Of a stretch of 60,915 bases of DNA, positions 19,848-28,225 are shown one piece after another. The stretch covers positions 1 to 60,915 of the forward strand of contig JBDLJD010000003.1 in the NCBI GenBank assembly GCA_039714495.1, read 5' to 3'. This DNA is from Thermodesulfobacteriota bacterium. Lineage in GTDB: Bacteria; Desulfobacterota; Desulfobacteria; Desulfobacterales; B30-G6. A program made the position numbers and the translations under genes. Each line of letters starts with the position of its first letter. Positions within the stretch are counted from its first letter, which is position 1. The notes below the pieces were generated by a model. It saw only the letters and a program-made list of their open reading frames with translations, had not been told where the DNA came from and searched no databases.

Positions 19848-20858
19848 ATGAAGAAGAAAAATTGCGGATCTTCTTTGGATTTCAAGGAAACAGCATCCAC
19901 CTTGCGAGCGGTGGATCGGTTGGAAATCATCAGTCTGCAGGACAACATGGTGGAATACCTCTGCACAACAGACAGGGAAAATGTACTTACCGCCGATAAA
20001 TGGGTCCAAGTAGATAAGGGGGAAGACCTGGTTCTACCTATGGCAGAACATGGCTTTTCCATGCTCATCCGCACATGGGCTGGTGAACAGGAACATGCAG
20101 TATTATTTGATACCGGCCAAAGTGAAAACAGCGTCATTGCTAATGCCGAAGTCATGAAACTGGACCTGAGAGAAGTTGAAGCAGTGGTACTTTCCCACGG
20201 ACACAGTGATCACTGGGGCGGGATTGCCGGCATCTTAAGAAAACTGGAAAGTAAAAATATACCCTTTGTAGTCCATCCCGATGTATTCAAAATCCGTGGA
20301 ATGAAGGAAAACAAAAAGATCATCAAGTTTACCCCGTTTCCCGCCAAAGAGCAGTTGGAATCTCTGGGTGCGCAGGTGATTGAGCACAAAACGCCGCTCT
20401 TTTTAGCCGAAGATACCATTCTGGTCATGGGCGAAGTTCCACAGGTCACGGAGTTTGAACACGGATTTTCAACAGGTCTGGTAAAAAAAGAGGGGAAGTG
20501 GGAACCGGAGTCACAGATGGCTGATGATAGAGGCATTGTCATTCATGTAAAAGATAAAGGATTAATTGTTATCACTGGTTGCGCCCATTCCGGCCTTGTC
20601 AATAATATGGAGTACGCTCGCGAGCTTACGTTGCAGAAGTATCCCATATACGCGGTCCTTGGTGGGTTTCATCTGGCGGGTAGTGAATACGAACAGTGGA
20701 TTACAGCAACAGTTGAGGCTGTGAAGAGTTTCAATCCTTCTTTTGTGATCCCTTCTCACTGCACCGGCTGGAAGGCCATGTATCGATTCGCGCAGGAAAT
20801 GCCCCAGGCTTTTGTCCATCCAGGCACCGGAAATCTGTACCGCTTTTTTTCCAGTTAA
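19848..20858 (+). CDS. MBL-fold metallo-hydrolase
   Basis: LSHGHSDHWGG (HxHxDH) motif, 336 aa, with GAGGAGGA upstream. Confidence 0.8.
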   Translation: MKKKNCGSSLDFKETASTLRAVDRLEIISLQDNMVEYLCTTDRENVLTADKWVQVDKGEDLVLPMAEHGFSMLIRTWAGEQEHAVLFDTGQSENSVIANAEVMKLDLREVEAVVLSHGHSDHWGGIAGILRKLESKNIPFVVHPDVFKIRGMKENKKIIKFTPFPAKEQLESLGAQVIEHKTPLFLAEDTILVMGEVPQVTEFEHGFSTGLVKKEGKWEPESQMADDRGIVIHVKDKGLIVITGCAHSGLVNNMEYARELTLQKYPIYAVLGGFHLAGSEYEQWITATVEAVKSFNPSFVIPSHCTGWKAMYRFAQEMPQAFVHPGTGNLYRFFSS

Positions 20859-20897
20859 TCTCTCCGGAGTCTAATTCTCCGCAGCTTGCTGCGAACA

Positions 20898-20929
20898 GAC
20901 AACATATCTGCTGCACGTTGTCGTTTTTT
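20898..20929 (+). terminator. Possible intrinsic terminator after the 11-gene operon
   Basis: GACAAC (20898-20903) pairs with GTTGTC (20917-20922) and is followed by a T6 run. It lies between convergent genes. Confidence 0.4.
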
Positions 20930-20942
20930 CTTTATTCAATAT

Positions 20943-22295
20943 TCAGACTAACCATTTATAAAGTGGATAGAGATCTTCTCGAGAATCCATCGTATAAATA
21001 AAATCGAGAATTTTTCCTTGTTGCCGAGGGCCCAATATTTGGGAGGTAAATCGGATAAATTTATTTTTGATTTCTTCTGCACTCAAAGGTAGCTCCGGTT
21101 CGCCTTTGGCCAGATCAAGGGAATGCAAAAATTCCCGGCCTCCCGTTGTCCTAATCATTACCTTTGTTCCTCGTTTGTCCGGGTATTCCCTGTCTAGTTC
21201 CGGATCATGCGCTATGGTGATTTTATCCATCAGTTGCCGGATTTTTTTGTCGCCCAAATGACTCGAAGAAAATCTATCGACAAAAGCGTCTCCGTAAACC
21301 AGCAGAACGGCTATACCGAACGGCATATTATATTTCGCCTCATCTGCCGTCTTTGGATCTTTAACCCCCGAGTCTATGGCCAATGAATAGGTGTTAACGA
21401 TAATTTTTTCAATTTCTTCCAGGACGATATTGTTTTTCTTGACAATATAAGCCGCAGCGTCCATAGGGGCATGCATATGCCTGCATCCGGCATGCAATTT
21501 AATATAGGTTTGTGAAATTATGAAATCCTTACCTATATCTTCTATAATTGAATCCGTCCGATCTTCATCACAAAACGCCGGCAGAAACCCATTTTCTAGA
21601 ATCGTATCCACCCCCACTATCCCTTGCTGGGCAAGTTTAACAGAGGTTATGCCGGCTTCGCATATTCGTCCGATTTGGACTTGTGCAAAAGGCTCCAGAG
21701 CTGTGAGAGCGGCAACCAGACCGGAACTCCATGTACAAGCGATCGCTAACGCATGGGACATTTCTGTAGCATTCAAATGCATGATTTTGCCAACGGCCGT
21801 TGTTGACGCCAGAGCGCCGACAATTGAGGTTATATGGAATCCTTTTTTAACTGTGGAGGGGATCATCGCACGGCCGATCCTTACCATCACTTCGTATCCC
21901 AACGCCACGGCTACAATCAATTCCCGCCCATGCACCGGCTTCGTCCGTCCTGCGAATTCTGCAGCTGCCATAGCAGCCGGAATCACCACCACACCGGGAT
22001 GAAGTCCGGCAGCCCTGGCACCATCAGTCATATCCGGGGAACACATACTGCTATTAACAAACGCGGCTTCACCCCAGTGTAATTTTTCCTTCTGACCGAT
22101 CACTGTAGTGGCTTCAGGACCGGTGCAGGGGTTAAAGGCCTTTAGAATAGGAGCATGGATGTTCCTGGAGCAGCCTGAAAAGACGATGCCGAGTAAATCA
22201 AGGATCCTATCTTTAGAGTTGTCAATTACGGCTAAAGGCAAAGAATCCGAGTTGGTACGGCAAATAAAATCACTTATTTCATTAACTAATCCCAT
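20943..22295 (-). CDS. MmgE/PrpD (2-methylcitrate dehydratase) family protein
   Basis: 450-aa ORF whose overall pattern (HPGVVVIPAAMAAAE, LHAGCRHMHAPMDAA) matches my recollection of the PrpD family. Confidence 0.85.
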   Translation of the reverse strand: MGLVNEISDFICRTNSDSLPLAVIDNSKDRILDLLGIVFSGCSRNIHAPILKAFNPCTGPEATTVIGQKEKLHWGEAAFVNSSMCSPDMTDGARAAGLHPGVVVIPAAMAAAEFAGRTKPVHGRELIVAVALGYEVMVRIGRAMIPSTVKKGFHITSIVGALASTTAVGKIMHLNATEMSHALAIACTWSSGLVAALTALEPFAQVQIGRICEAGITSVKLAQQGIVGVDTILENGFLPAFCDEDRTDSIIEDIGKDFIISQTYIKLHAGCRHMHAPMDAAAYIVKKNNIVLEEIEKIIVNTYSLAIDSGVKDPKTADEAKYNMPFGIAVLLVYGDAFVDRFSSSHLGDKKIRQLMDKITIAHDPELDREYPDKRGTKVMIRTTGGREFLHSLDLAKGEPELPLSAEEIKNKFIRFTSQILGPRQQGKILDFIYTMDSREDLYPLYKWLV

Positions 22296-22351
22296 CCGTA
22301 GCCTCCTAGTAAATCATTTTTCTTATGCCCTAAGCCGTTTGCCGTACATTC

Positions 22352-22858
22352 TTAATCCACATTTTGTCCTTGAATAAATTCGACTGAATCACCACCTTCG
22401 ATTCCGTGTTCGAGGCCGGTCTTTCTTTCCGGGCCCTTTAGAAGTATGTTCATGTGGTTAGGAAAATGTGATTCATCAAAACCTGCAATCTTACCGATCT
22501 CCTTGCCTCTGACGTGTACTGCATCTCTCTCCATGATGACGCCACCCTCAGTAAATTCGATAAAAGCGATAGCTGACACACGGTTAACCGTTGCTCCTGG
22601 CAGAGCCTCTATTTCGTCAGTCATCAAAAACTCATGAATTTCGTTTTTTTTGATACACCGCGTGTAAGGGTGGATTAATTTCAAACCGCGTTGATCCCTT
22701 TTACTGGTCAAAACAGCCACAATCCTCCCTGTTAATTTTGTCCGAGATTCAATCCTGGGACGTCCTCCAATGATGCCGGATTTGTACGGGCAAATCGTTT
22801 CGGCAGAGGCTTTCTTTTTTGGAACTGCTGTTTTGTCGGATTCATTCACGAAAATCAT
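22352..22858 (-). CDS. Conserved hypothetical protein, co-oriented with the PrpD-family gene
   Basis: 168-aa ORF lying 56 nt upstream of the PrpD-family gene. No family recognised. Confidence 0.55.
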   Translation of the reverse strand: MIFVNESDKTAVPKKKASAETICPYKSGIIGGRPRIESRTKLTGRIVAVLTSKRDQRGLKLIHPYTRCIKKNEIHEFLMTDEIEALPGATVNRVSAIAFIEFTEGGVIMERDAVHVRGKEIGKIAGFDESHFPNHMNILLKGPERKTGLEHGIEGGDSVEFIQGQNVD

Positions 22859-23048
22859 TCTCCTTTTTGTTTGAGATTCCTTTGACGAGGCAACCTATTC
22901 TCGGTTATTCACTTTTGCTTTGGAGCACCCAGACGCTCTGGTAAAATCAAGTCAAACTAAGGAAAGAAGATTTAAAAGTTGGCTGAAACAGGTCAAATAG
23001 AAAAGAAATCTTTAAATGAGCAAAAAGAATTCAAAGAGCTTTTTAAAG

Positions 23049-23297
23049 TTCCGCATGGCGAAAAAATATTTTTCTATGTGAATAGTCATTTGGTGCAAAA
23101 ATGTCAATATTTTTTAAATTGAATTCCAAAAATATTGACAACGTAAAATTGACAAGATATATCATTGTTCGTAATACGAAATTTATTTTCACATAGCGAT
23201 ATATTTTACACAAAAATAATCCCAAATATTATCGACCAAGGCCACTCAAAATCTTTGACAGATAAACTCAAAACCAATTGGGAGGACGTTAAAGATT
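23049..23297. promoter_or_regulatory. Bidirectional control region, copy B (paralogue of 4958-5212)
   Basis: CGCATGG(23052-23058)-N15-CTATGTG(23074-23080) and TTCACATAGCGATA (23188-23201). It is collinear with copy A, including the SD and the first codons. Confidence 0.55.
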
Positions 23298-23357
23298 ATG
23301 AAAAAATTTGATTGCAAGATCGAATTGTACCAATATCTATCGGAAACCACGGTTTAA
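23298..23357 (+). pseudogene. 19-codon 5' stump of a paralogue of the SelA-like PLP-enzyme gene
   Basis: MKKFDCKIELYQYLSETTV* aligns with MKKFNYKIELYQYLAETKG at 5213. The SD GGGAGG is conserved. Confidence 0.7.
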
Positions 23358-23359
23358 TA

Positions 23360-23625
23360 GATTCATCACGAATATTTTATTTATTGGAGCAGCCCTATTA
23401 GCAATCGACATACTTTTTGCGGTAGCAACCCAGACCGCCCTTGGTTTAAGATTTTCAGAGTTTATGTTGATAGCTTTGAAGGAAAGCTTATCCTTTCTAT
23501 TGTTTGTAACGGCATTAGCTAGTATTATCATGGGGATGGGAATATCGAGTACTGCGATATACGTCTTTGCCGTTTTGATTATAGCTCCCGCATTGTTGGA
23601 TATGCTAATAGAAAACTCACCTTAA
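23360..23625 (+). pseudogene. Internal fragment of a TRAP-transporter large permease (DctM-like)
   Basis: The translation ..TALGLRFSEFMLIALKESLSFLLFVTALASIIMGMGISSTAIYVFAVLIIAPALLDM resembles the conserved ..ILGMGLPTTAAYI..APAL segment of TRAP permeases. It is only ~85 aa and has no proper start. Confidence 0.5.
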
Positions 23626-23701
23626 AATTCGTAATTTGGGTTGTTTTAAAAGGATTATGCAGTGTTATAAAAATGATATGCCATATGACAAAGGATAAGA
23701 A

Positions 23702-24745
23702 ATGGGTTTCAAAAGAATTGTGACAACTATTGACGCTCACGTTGAAGGTGGGCCTGCAAGAGTAATTACCGGTGGGGTCCCGAATATTCCTGGGGACTCC
23801 ATGGCAGAAAAACTTATTTTTATGGAAAAAAACTTAGACTATTTAAGAACGGCTACAGTTAACGAGCCCAGGGGGCATAGGGATATGAATTGCGCTGTGC
23901 TGACCTCGCCGACAACAAATGAAGCAGAATTTGGCGTTATATTCATGACGCCAAGACATTACATGGGTATGTGTGGTCACGCTTCAATAGGTGTCGCTGG
24001 TATAGCTGTTGAAACAGGAATAGTGGAACCTAAGGAGCCTGTAACTGAGTTTAAAATAGATACTCCTTCTGGCCTCATTCGCGCCAGAGTGACTGTAAGT
24101 GATGGCAAGGCAAAGAGTGCCACTATACAGAATGTTCCATCCTTCTTATTGAAATCAACTGTACTTGAGGTTCCTGGTATAGGTGAGTTGCCCGTTGATG
24201 TAGCCTATGGCGGTAACTTCTATGTTATTGTTGAAGCGGAACACCTCGATTTTCCGATTGATGCATCTAATATAAAAAGGATGGAGGATCAATTGGCCGA
24301 AATTGTGAAAGCGACTAACGAACAAGTTGAAATTTTGCACCCCGAGGCAGATAATTTTGCTGGAGCAAATGCGGTTAAGGCGGTTGCTATAAGTGACAAG
24401 CCGAAGAATCCGAATGCAAATCGCAGAAATATAGTTGTCGCCGTGAATCGCACTGCAACCATTGGCAGTCGTCAAACGCACCAGCATATTGACCGGACAC
24501 CCTGTGGAACGGGAACGTGTGCAAAAATGGCCACTTTGTACAGCAAGGGGAAACTTGAGATAGGAGAGAGTTTTGTAACAGAAAGCATATTAGGGTCACT
24601 TTTTGAGGGAAAATTGGTTGGAAGTGTCACAGTTGGAGGTGCCAAAGCAGTTGTGCCAGAGATAACCGGCCGTGTTTATATTACGGGGATGCATACCTTT
24701 ATTATGGATGAGGATGACCCATTCAAACATGGTTTTATACTTTAA
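23702..24745 (+). CDS. Proline racemase family protein (proline racemase / 4-hydroxyproline 2-epimerase type)
   Basis: Typical N-terminus TIDAHVEGGPARVITGG. Both catalytic Cys motifs are present (MCGH and DRTPCGTG). Confidence 0.9.
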   Translation: MGFKRIVTTIDAHVEGGPARVITGGVPNIPGDSMAEKLIFMEKNLDYLRTATVNEPRGHRDMNCAVLTSPTTNEAEFGVIFMTPRHYMGMCGHASIGVAGIAVETGIVEPKEPVTEFKIDTPSGLIRARVTVSDGKAKSATIQNVPSFLLKSTVLEVPGIGELPVDVAYGGNFYVIVEAEHLDFPIDASNIKRMEDQLAEIVKATNEQVEILHPEADNFAGANAVKAVAISDKPKNPNANRRNIVVAVNRTATIGSRQTHQHIDRTPCGTGTCAKMATLYSKGKLEIGESFVTESILGSLFEGKLVGSVTVGGAKAVVPEITGRVYITGMHTFIMDEDDPFKHGFIL

Positions 24746-25048
24746 AGAACAATAAGCCTTCACGATTTTGGGATGATGGAGTGCACCCGGAAAGCGTTCA
24801 AGTGGCTGCAGGCGATGAGTGGACGCGGCTGGAGGTGTCGTTTTACGGCGCTCCATCCTGAGGCCAGCAGATATTTGACGGTTCGGTAAAATTTGTCGGT
24901 GTGCCGGGGGGCACGATTGCTTTCGAGACCGTTATCAAAGCCGCCGTCAACCATTATTTTTATCCAAAAATTTTAGGGATGTTTCCCTGGGGGGACGATA
25001 GCTACTGAACCAGATTCCCTTATCTTTATCGACTGAGGATGATTTTAA

Positions 25049-26227
25049 GTGATTCTAAAATCGGTAGAAATTGCCGTTGTTGGAGGTGGGGTCATCGGCT
25101 CTGCCATATGTTATTATCTGGCGAAAGAGGGCTATGATGTTGCGCTTTTCGAACGCGGAGGGCTGGTTGACGGCGCATCCGGAGCCTGTGGTGGATATGT
25201 AGGTCTCCAAACCAAGGGGCTCGAATACAAGTTGTCTCTGGCGGTGAAGAGTCGGGGTATCTTTAGAACGTTGGAAGAAGAGTTAGAAGAAGATATTGAG
25301 TGCAGAGAGTCCCCTGGTATGATCATTGCCGAAAATGATGAAGAAGTTGAATATATTTCTACCTTAACCCGTCAGCTAAAAGAAAAAGGTATAAATATTG
25401 AACTGCTGGACCGCAGGCAGGTCAGAAAACAGCAACCGATATTAAACGAGAGCGTGAAACAGGCAACTTTGTGTCTGGATGATTGTGAGGTCAACCCCAT
25501 AAAGCTCACACTTGCACTTGCGGCCGGTGCTGAGCGCAATGGAGCCAAAATTTTCACCCATACACAGATAAAGGATATTGGGCTGACGAGAAATAGAGTT
25601 TCTGCGATCATTACCGACCGGGGAAAAATAAATACGGGAATCGTTATTAACGCTGGTGGAATATGGGCGCCCCAAATCGGCAACATGGTCGGATTAAAGA
25701 TACCGATCATCCCACGCAGAGGTATTTTAATCGTTTCCGAACCGATGGCGCCGTTGGTGAATGGGCATATTATAGCCGCTAGATCTTCGGTGGCAAAATT
25801 ATCGTCACCGTCCGGACACACTACTGAAAGGGCCACCCCAAGTTTTGGCGGTGGCATCAGCATCGCTCAGCATGAAAACGGTAATATCGTGTGCGGGACA
25901 ACCCGGGAATTTGTGGGTTATGATAAATCGACAACCTTCAGGGGGATATCCTTTATTGTCGGCGAGCTGTTGCGTATTTTCCCTTCTCTAGAAAATATGA
26001 GGATCATCAGGACATTTGCAGGGTTAAGACCTTATACGCCCGATGGATTGCCGATTGTCGGAAACATTTCAGGAATAGACGGCTTTATCGTGGCGGCGGG
26101 CCATGAAGGAGACGGGATTGCCCTGGCCCCGATAACCGGAAAACTGGTGGCAGCACTCATCTCCGGCGATGAAATACCCGAAATGCTTGCTCCACTGAAT
26201 CTCACGCGATTTCAAGAAATAAAATAG
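25049..26227 (+). CDS. FAD-dependent oxidoreductase, DAO family (HcnC / LhpB / opine-oxidase-B-like beta subunit), copy 1
   Basis: GTG start with GAGGA 8 nt upstream. It has VVGGGVIGSAICYYLAKEGYDVALFE and a C-terminal GHEGDGIALAPITG. Confidence 0.87.
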   Translation: MILKSVEIAVVGGGVIGSAICYYLAKEGYDVALFERGGLVDGASGACGGYVGLQTKGLEYKLSLAVKSRGIFRTLEEELEEDIECRESPGMIIAENDEEVEYISTLTRQLKEKGINIELLDRRQVRKQQPILNESVKQATLCLDDCEVNPIKLTLALAAGAERNGAKIFTHTQIKDIGLTRNRVSAIITDRGKINTGIVINAGGIWAPQIGNMVGLKIPIIPRRGILIVSEPMAPLVNGHIIAARSSVAKLSSPSGHTTERATPSFGGGISIAQHENGNIVCGTTREFVGYDKSTTFRGISFIVGELLRIFPSLENMRIIRTFAGLRPYTPDGLPIVGNISGIDGFIVAAGHEGDGIALAPITGKLVAALISGDEIPEMLAPLNLTRFQEIK

Positions 26228-26354
26228 ATTCTAAAGGGGAAGGAGGAGGACGTAAGAAACTGTTGGAATTGTCGATTAATAGAAGCCGGGAGAGATGGTT
26301 TCCTGTGAGGCAAGGGCAATTGCACCCCAGTGAAAATTGTTTTGGAAATCCTAT

Positions 26355-27548
26355 ATGAAAACGACCCTGAATATCAATCCTCAGGTTATTGTTGTCGGCG
26401 GTGGGGTAATCGGCTCGGCGGTTACCTATTATCTCAGCAGGGCCGGCGTTCGCGTAGTCTTAATCGAAAAAAAGGGGCTTACTTCTGAAACCTCCGGTGC
26501 ATGCTCCGGAAAGGTCTGGCTTGGTACGAAGAAACCCGGACTTCACCTTGAGCTCGCCCGGATGGGCCTGCATATGCTCAAGGAGTTGAGACAAGAATTC
26601 GACTATCCCTTCGAGATGGATAGCGAATGCGGCGAGATGTATCTCATCGAATCGGAGCGAGACCTGCGGTTTATGGAAGAGTTTGCAGCGCAACAGCAGG
26701 CGGCGGGAATCGAAATGCATCTGCTGACAAAAGGCGAAATCGGAAAACTACAGCCGTCCATCAATGTCGATGTTTTGGTCGGTGCGGCCTACAGTCCGTC
26801 GGGGATCGCGATAAATCCGATCAGTTTGGTTTATGCATTTGTGCGGGAAGCCGAAGGACTCGGCGCGACGATTCTGCGGAACACTCCCGTAGAAGAGATT
26901 TGTGTGGAAGGGTCTCGCGTCAAATCCGTTTCGACTGATAAAGGAGAGATACGGACCGATTTTGTGGTGAATGCGGCCGGTGTTGCTGTACCCAGTATCG
27001 GAAAGATGATCGGGATCGATATCCCTATCGTCCCTTTGAGGGGAGAGATTCTGGTAACTGAGGCCGTCGCACCGTTCGTAAGAATCCCAATCCCGACCAG
27101 CGAAGCGCGGTATATCGTGGCGAAAAAAGACCCACAAAGCTTTAGTCAAACGGACAAATCCGGGGTGACTTGCGGCGTCTCCCAGAGTCTCAACGGCAAT
27201 GTTTATGTTTCGGCATCAAAGGAATTCGCAGGGCACAATAAAATGAACTCGACCCGTGCTATGAAGTTGCTGGCGCAAGGCGCAATAAAGTTTTTCCCCA
27301 AGTTGGAAAGTGTTCGGGTGATCCGATCCTATGCTGGGTTGCGTCCCTATACTGCAGACGGACTTCCCATTCTAGGCGAAATCGACGGTATCGAAGGATT
27401 CATCATGGCAGGGGGACACAGCGGAGACGGCATAGCCCTGTCTGCGATAACCGGGAAACTGATTTCCGAAATCATTACAACCGGTAGCCCTTCGGTCTCT
27501 ATAGACAAGTTTCGGCTGTCCCGATTTGCACCCAAAAACCTTCAGTAG
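26355..27548 (+). CDS. FAD-dependent oxidoreductase, DAO family (beta-type), copy 2
   Basis: VVGGGVIGSAVTYYLSRAGVRVVLIE and GHSGDGIALSAITG; clearly paralogous to 25049-26227. An alternative TTG start lies at 26337. Confidence 0.87.
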   Translation: MKTTLNINPQVIVVGGGVIGSAVTYYLSRAGVRVVLIEKKGLTSETSGACSGKVWLGTKKPGLHLELARMGLHMLKELRQEFDYPFEMDSECGEMYLIESERDLRFMEEFAAQQQAAGIEMHLLTKGEIGKLQPSINVDVLVGAAYSPSGIAINPISLVYAFVREAEGLGATILRNTPVEEICVEGSRVKSVSTDKGEIRTDFVVNAAGVAVPSIGKMIGIDIPIVPLRGEILVTEAVAPFVRIPIPTSEARYIVAKKDPQSFSQTDKSGVTCGVSQSLNGNVYVSASKEFAGHNKMNSTRAMKLLAQGAIKFFPKLESVRVIRSYAGLRPYTADGLPILGEIDGIEGFIMAGGHSGDGIALSAITGKLISEIITTGSPSVSIDKFRLSRFAPKNLQ

Positions 27549-27560
27549 AGTTATTGAGTT

Positions 27561-27880
27561 ACCGAATTTCCCCCTGTTTTGGGGAAACAGTGCGGCTGAG
27601 TGAATTATTACGGACAGTTTTATAAGTCGGAACGCCACCCTTTTTTAAATCAACTCAACGGTTCATTGCAACGATGGGCCATGCGGAAATACAAAAAGTT
27701 ACGCCGATGTAGGCGCAGAGCCTTTTATTGGCTTGGGCGCATTGCGAAAAAGATGACGTATCTGTTCGCACATTGGCGATTAACGCGACAATCGGCTGGT
27801 CGATAGGAGCCGGATGAATCGAGAGGTTCACGTCCGTGTCTGTGAGAGGCTGAGGGGGAGGTTCCCATGGTCTACTCGAC
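27561..27880 (+). mobile_element. 5'-truncated group II intron relic (IEP C-terminal codons plus domains V and VI)
   Basis: The peptide ..VNYYGQFYKSERHPFLNQLNGSLQRWAMRKYKKLRRCRRRAFYWLGRIAKKMTYLFAHWRL is a typical maturase C-terminus. A 34-nt domain V (27807-27840) has an AGC triad, a GAGA loop and an AC bulge. A DVI-like stem has a bulged A at 27874. The 5' boundary is uncertain. Confidence 0.75.
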
Positions 27881-27913
27881 TATCCAAGCGACTTAAAACA
27901 AAGGAGTACCGAC

Positions 27914-28225
27914 ATGACTACCTACAGAATCGAAAAAGGTGTGACTCCGGGGCAGCAGTTTGAAATCGAGGTGGACAAAAATAAAATTGTTGCTTTCGAA
28001 GGAGAGACCGTAGCGACGGCTTTGATGGCATCCGGGCGAAGAACTTTCGGCCACACCACTAAAAAAGGTCATCCACGGGGGGTTTTTTGTGGAATTGGCC
28101 TGTGTCATAATTGTCTGATGACCATCGACGGTATACACAATACCCGGGCCTGCCAGGTACTTGCAACGCCGGGATGCCGGGTCGAAACTCAAAAATGCGT
28201 GGAGAACCTCAATGAAGTCAAATGA
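27914..28225 (+). CDS. Small [2Fe-2S] protein (HcnA / LhpE / opine-oxidase gamma-like)
   Basis: 103 aa with Cys cluster CGIGLCHNCLMTIDG..ACQ. AAGGAG lies upstream. Confidence 0.85.
   Translation: MTTYRIEKGVTPGQQFEIEVDKNKIVAFEGETVATALMASGRRTFGHTTKKGHPRGVFCGIGLCHNCLMTIDGIHNTRACQVLATPGCRVETQKCVENLNEVK

Noticed and set aside
24859-24861. The in-frame TGA in the protein-like frame 24766-25008 as a selenocysteine codon
   Set aside because: There is no start codon, no recognisable selenoprotein family, and no evident SECIS-like hairpin directly downstream. A gene fragment is more parsimonious.
25021-25033. The 12-nt word TATCTTTATCGA recurring at ~29701 and flanking the dehydrogenase module
   Set aside because: With ~61 kb, dozens of identical 12-mers are expected by chance, and there is no extended similarity around them.
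27600-27806. The 68-aa ORF as an independent small gene
   Set aside because: It is the C-terminal end of a group II intron maturase, preceded by an in-frame stop and followed by intron domains V and VI. It is a relic, not a gene.
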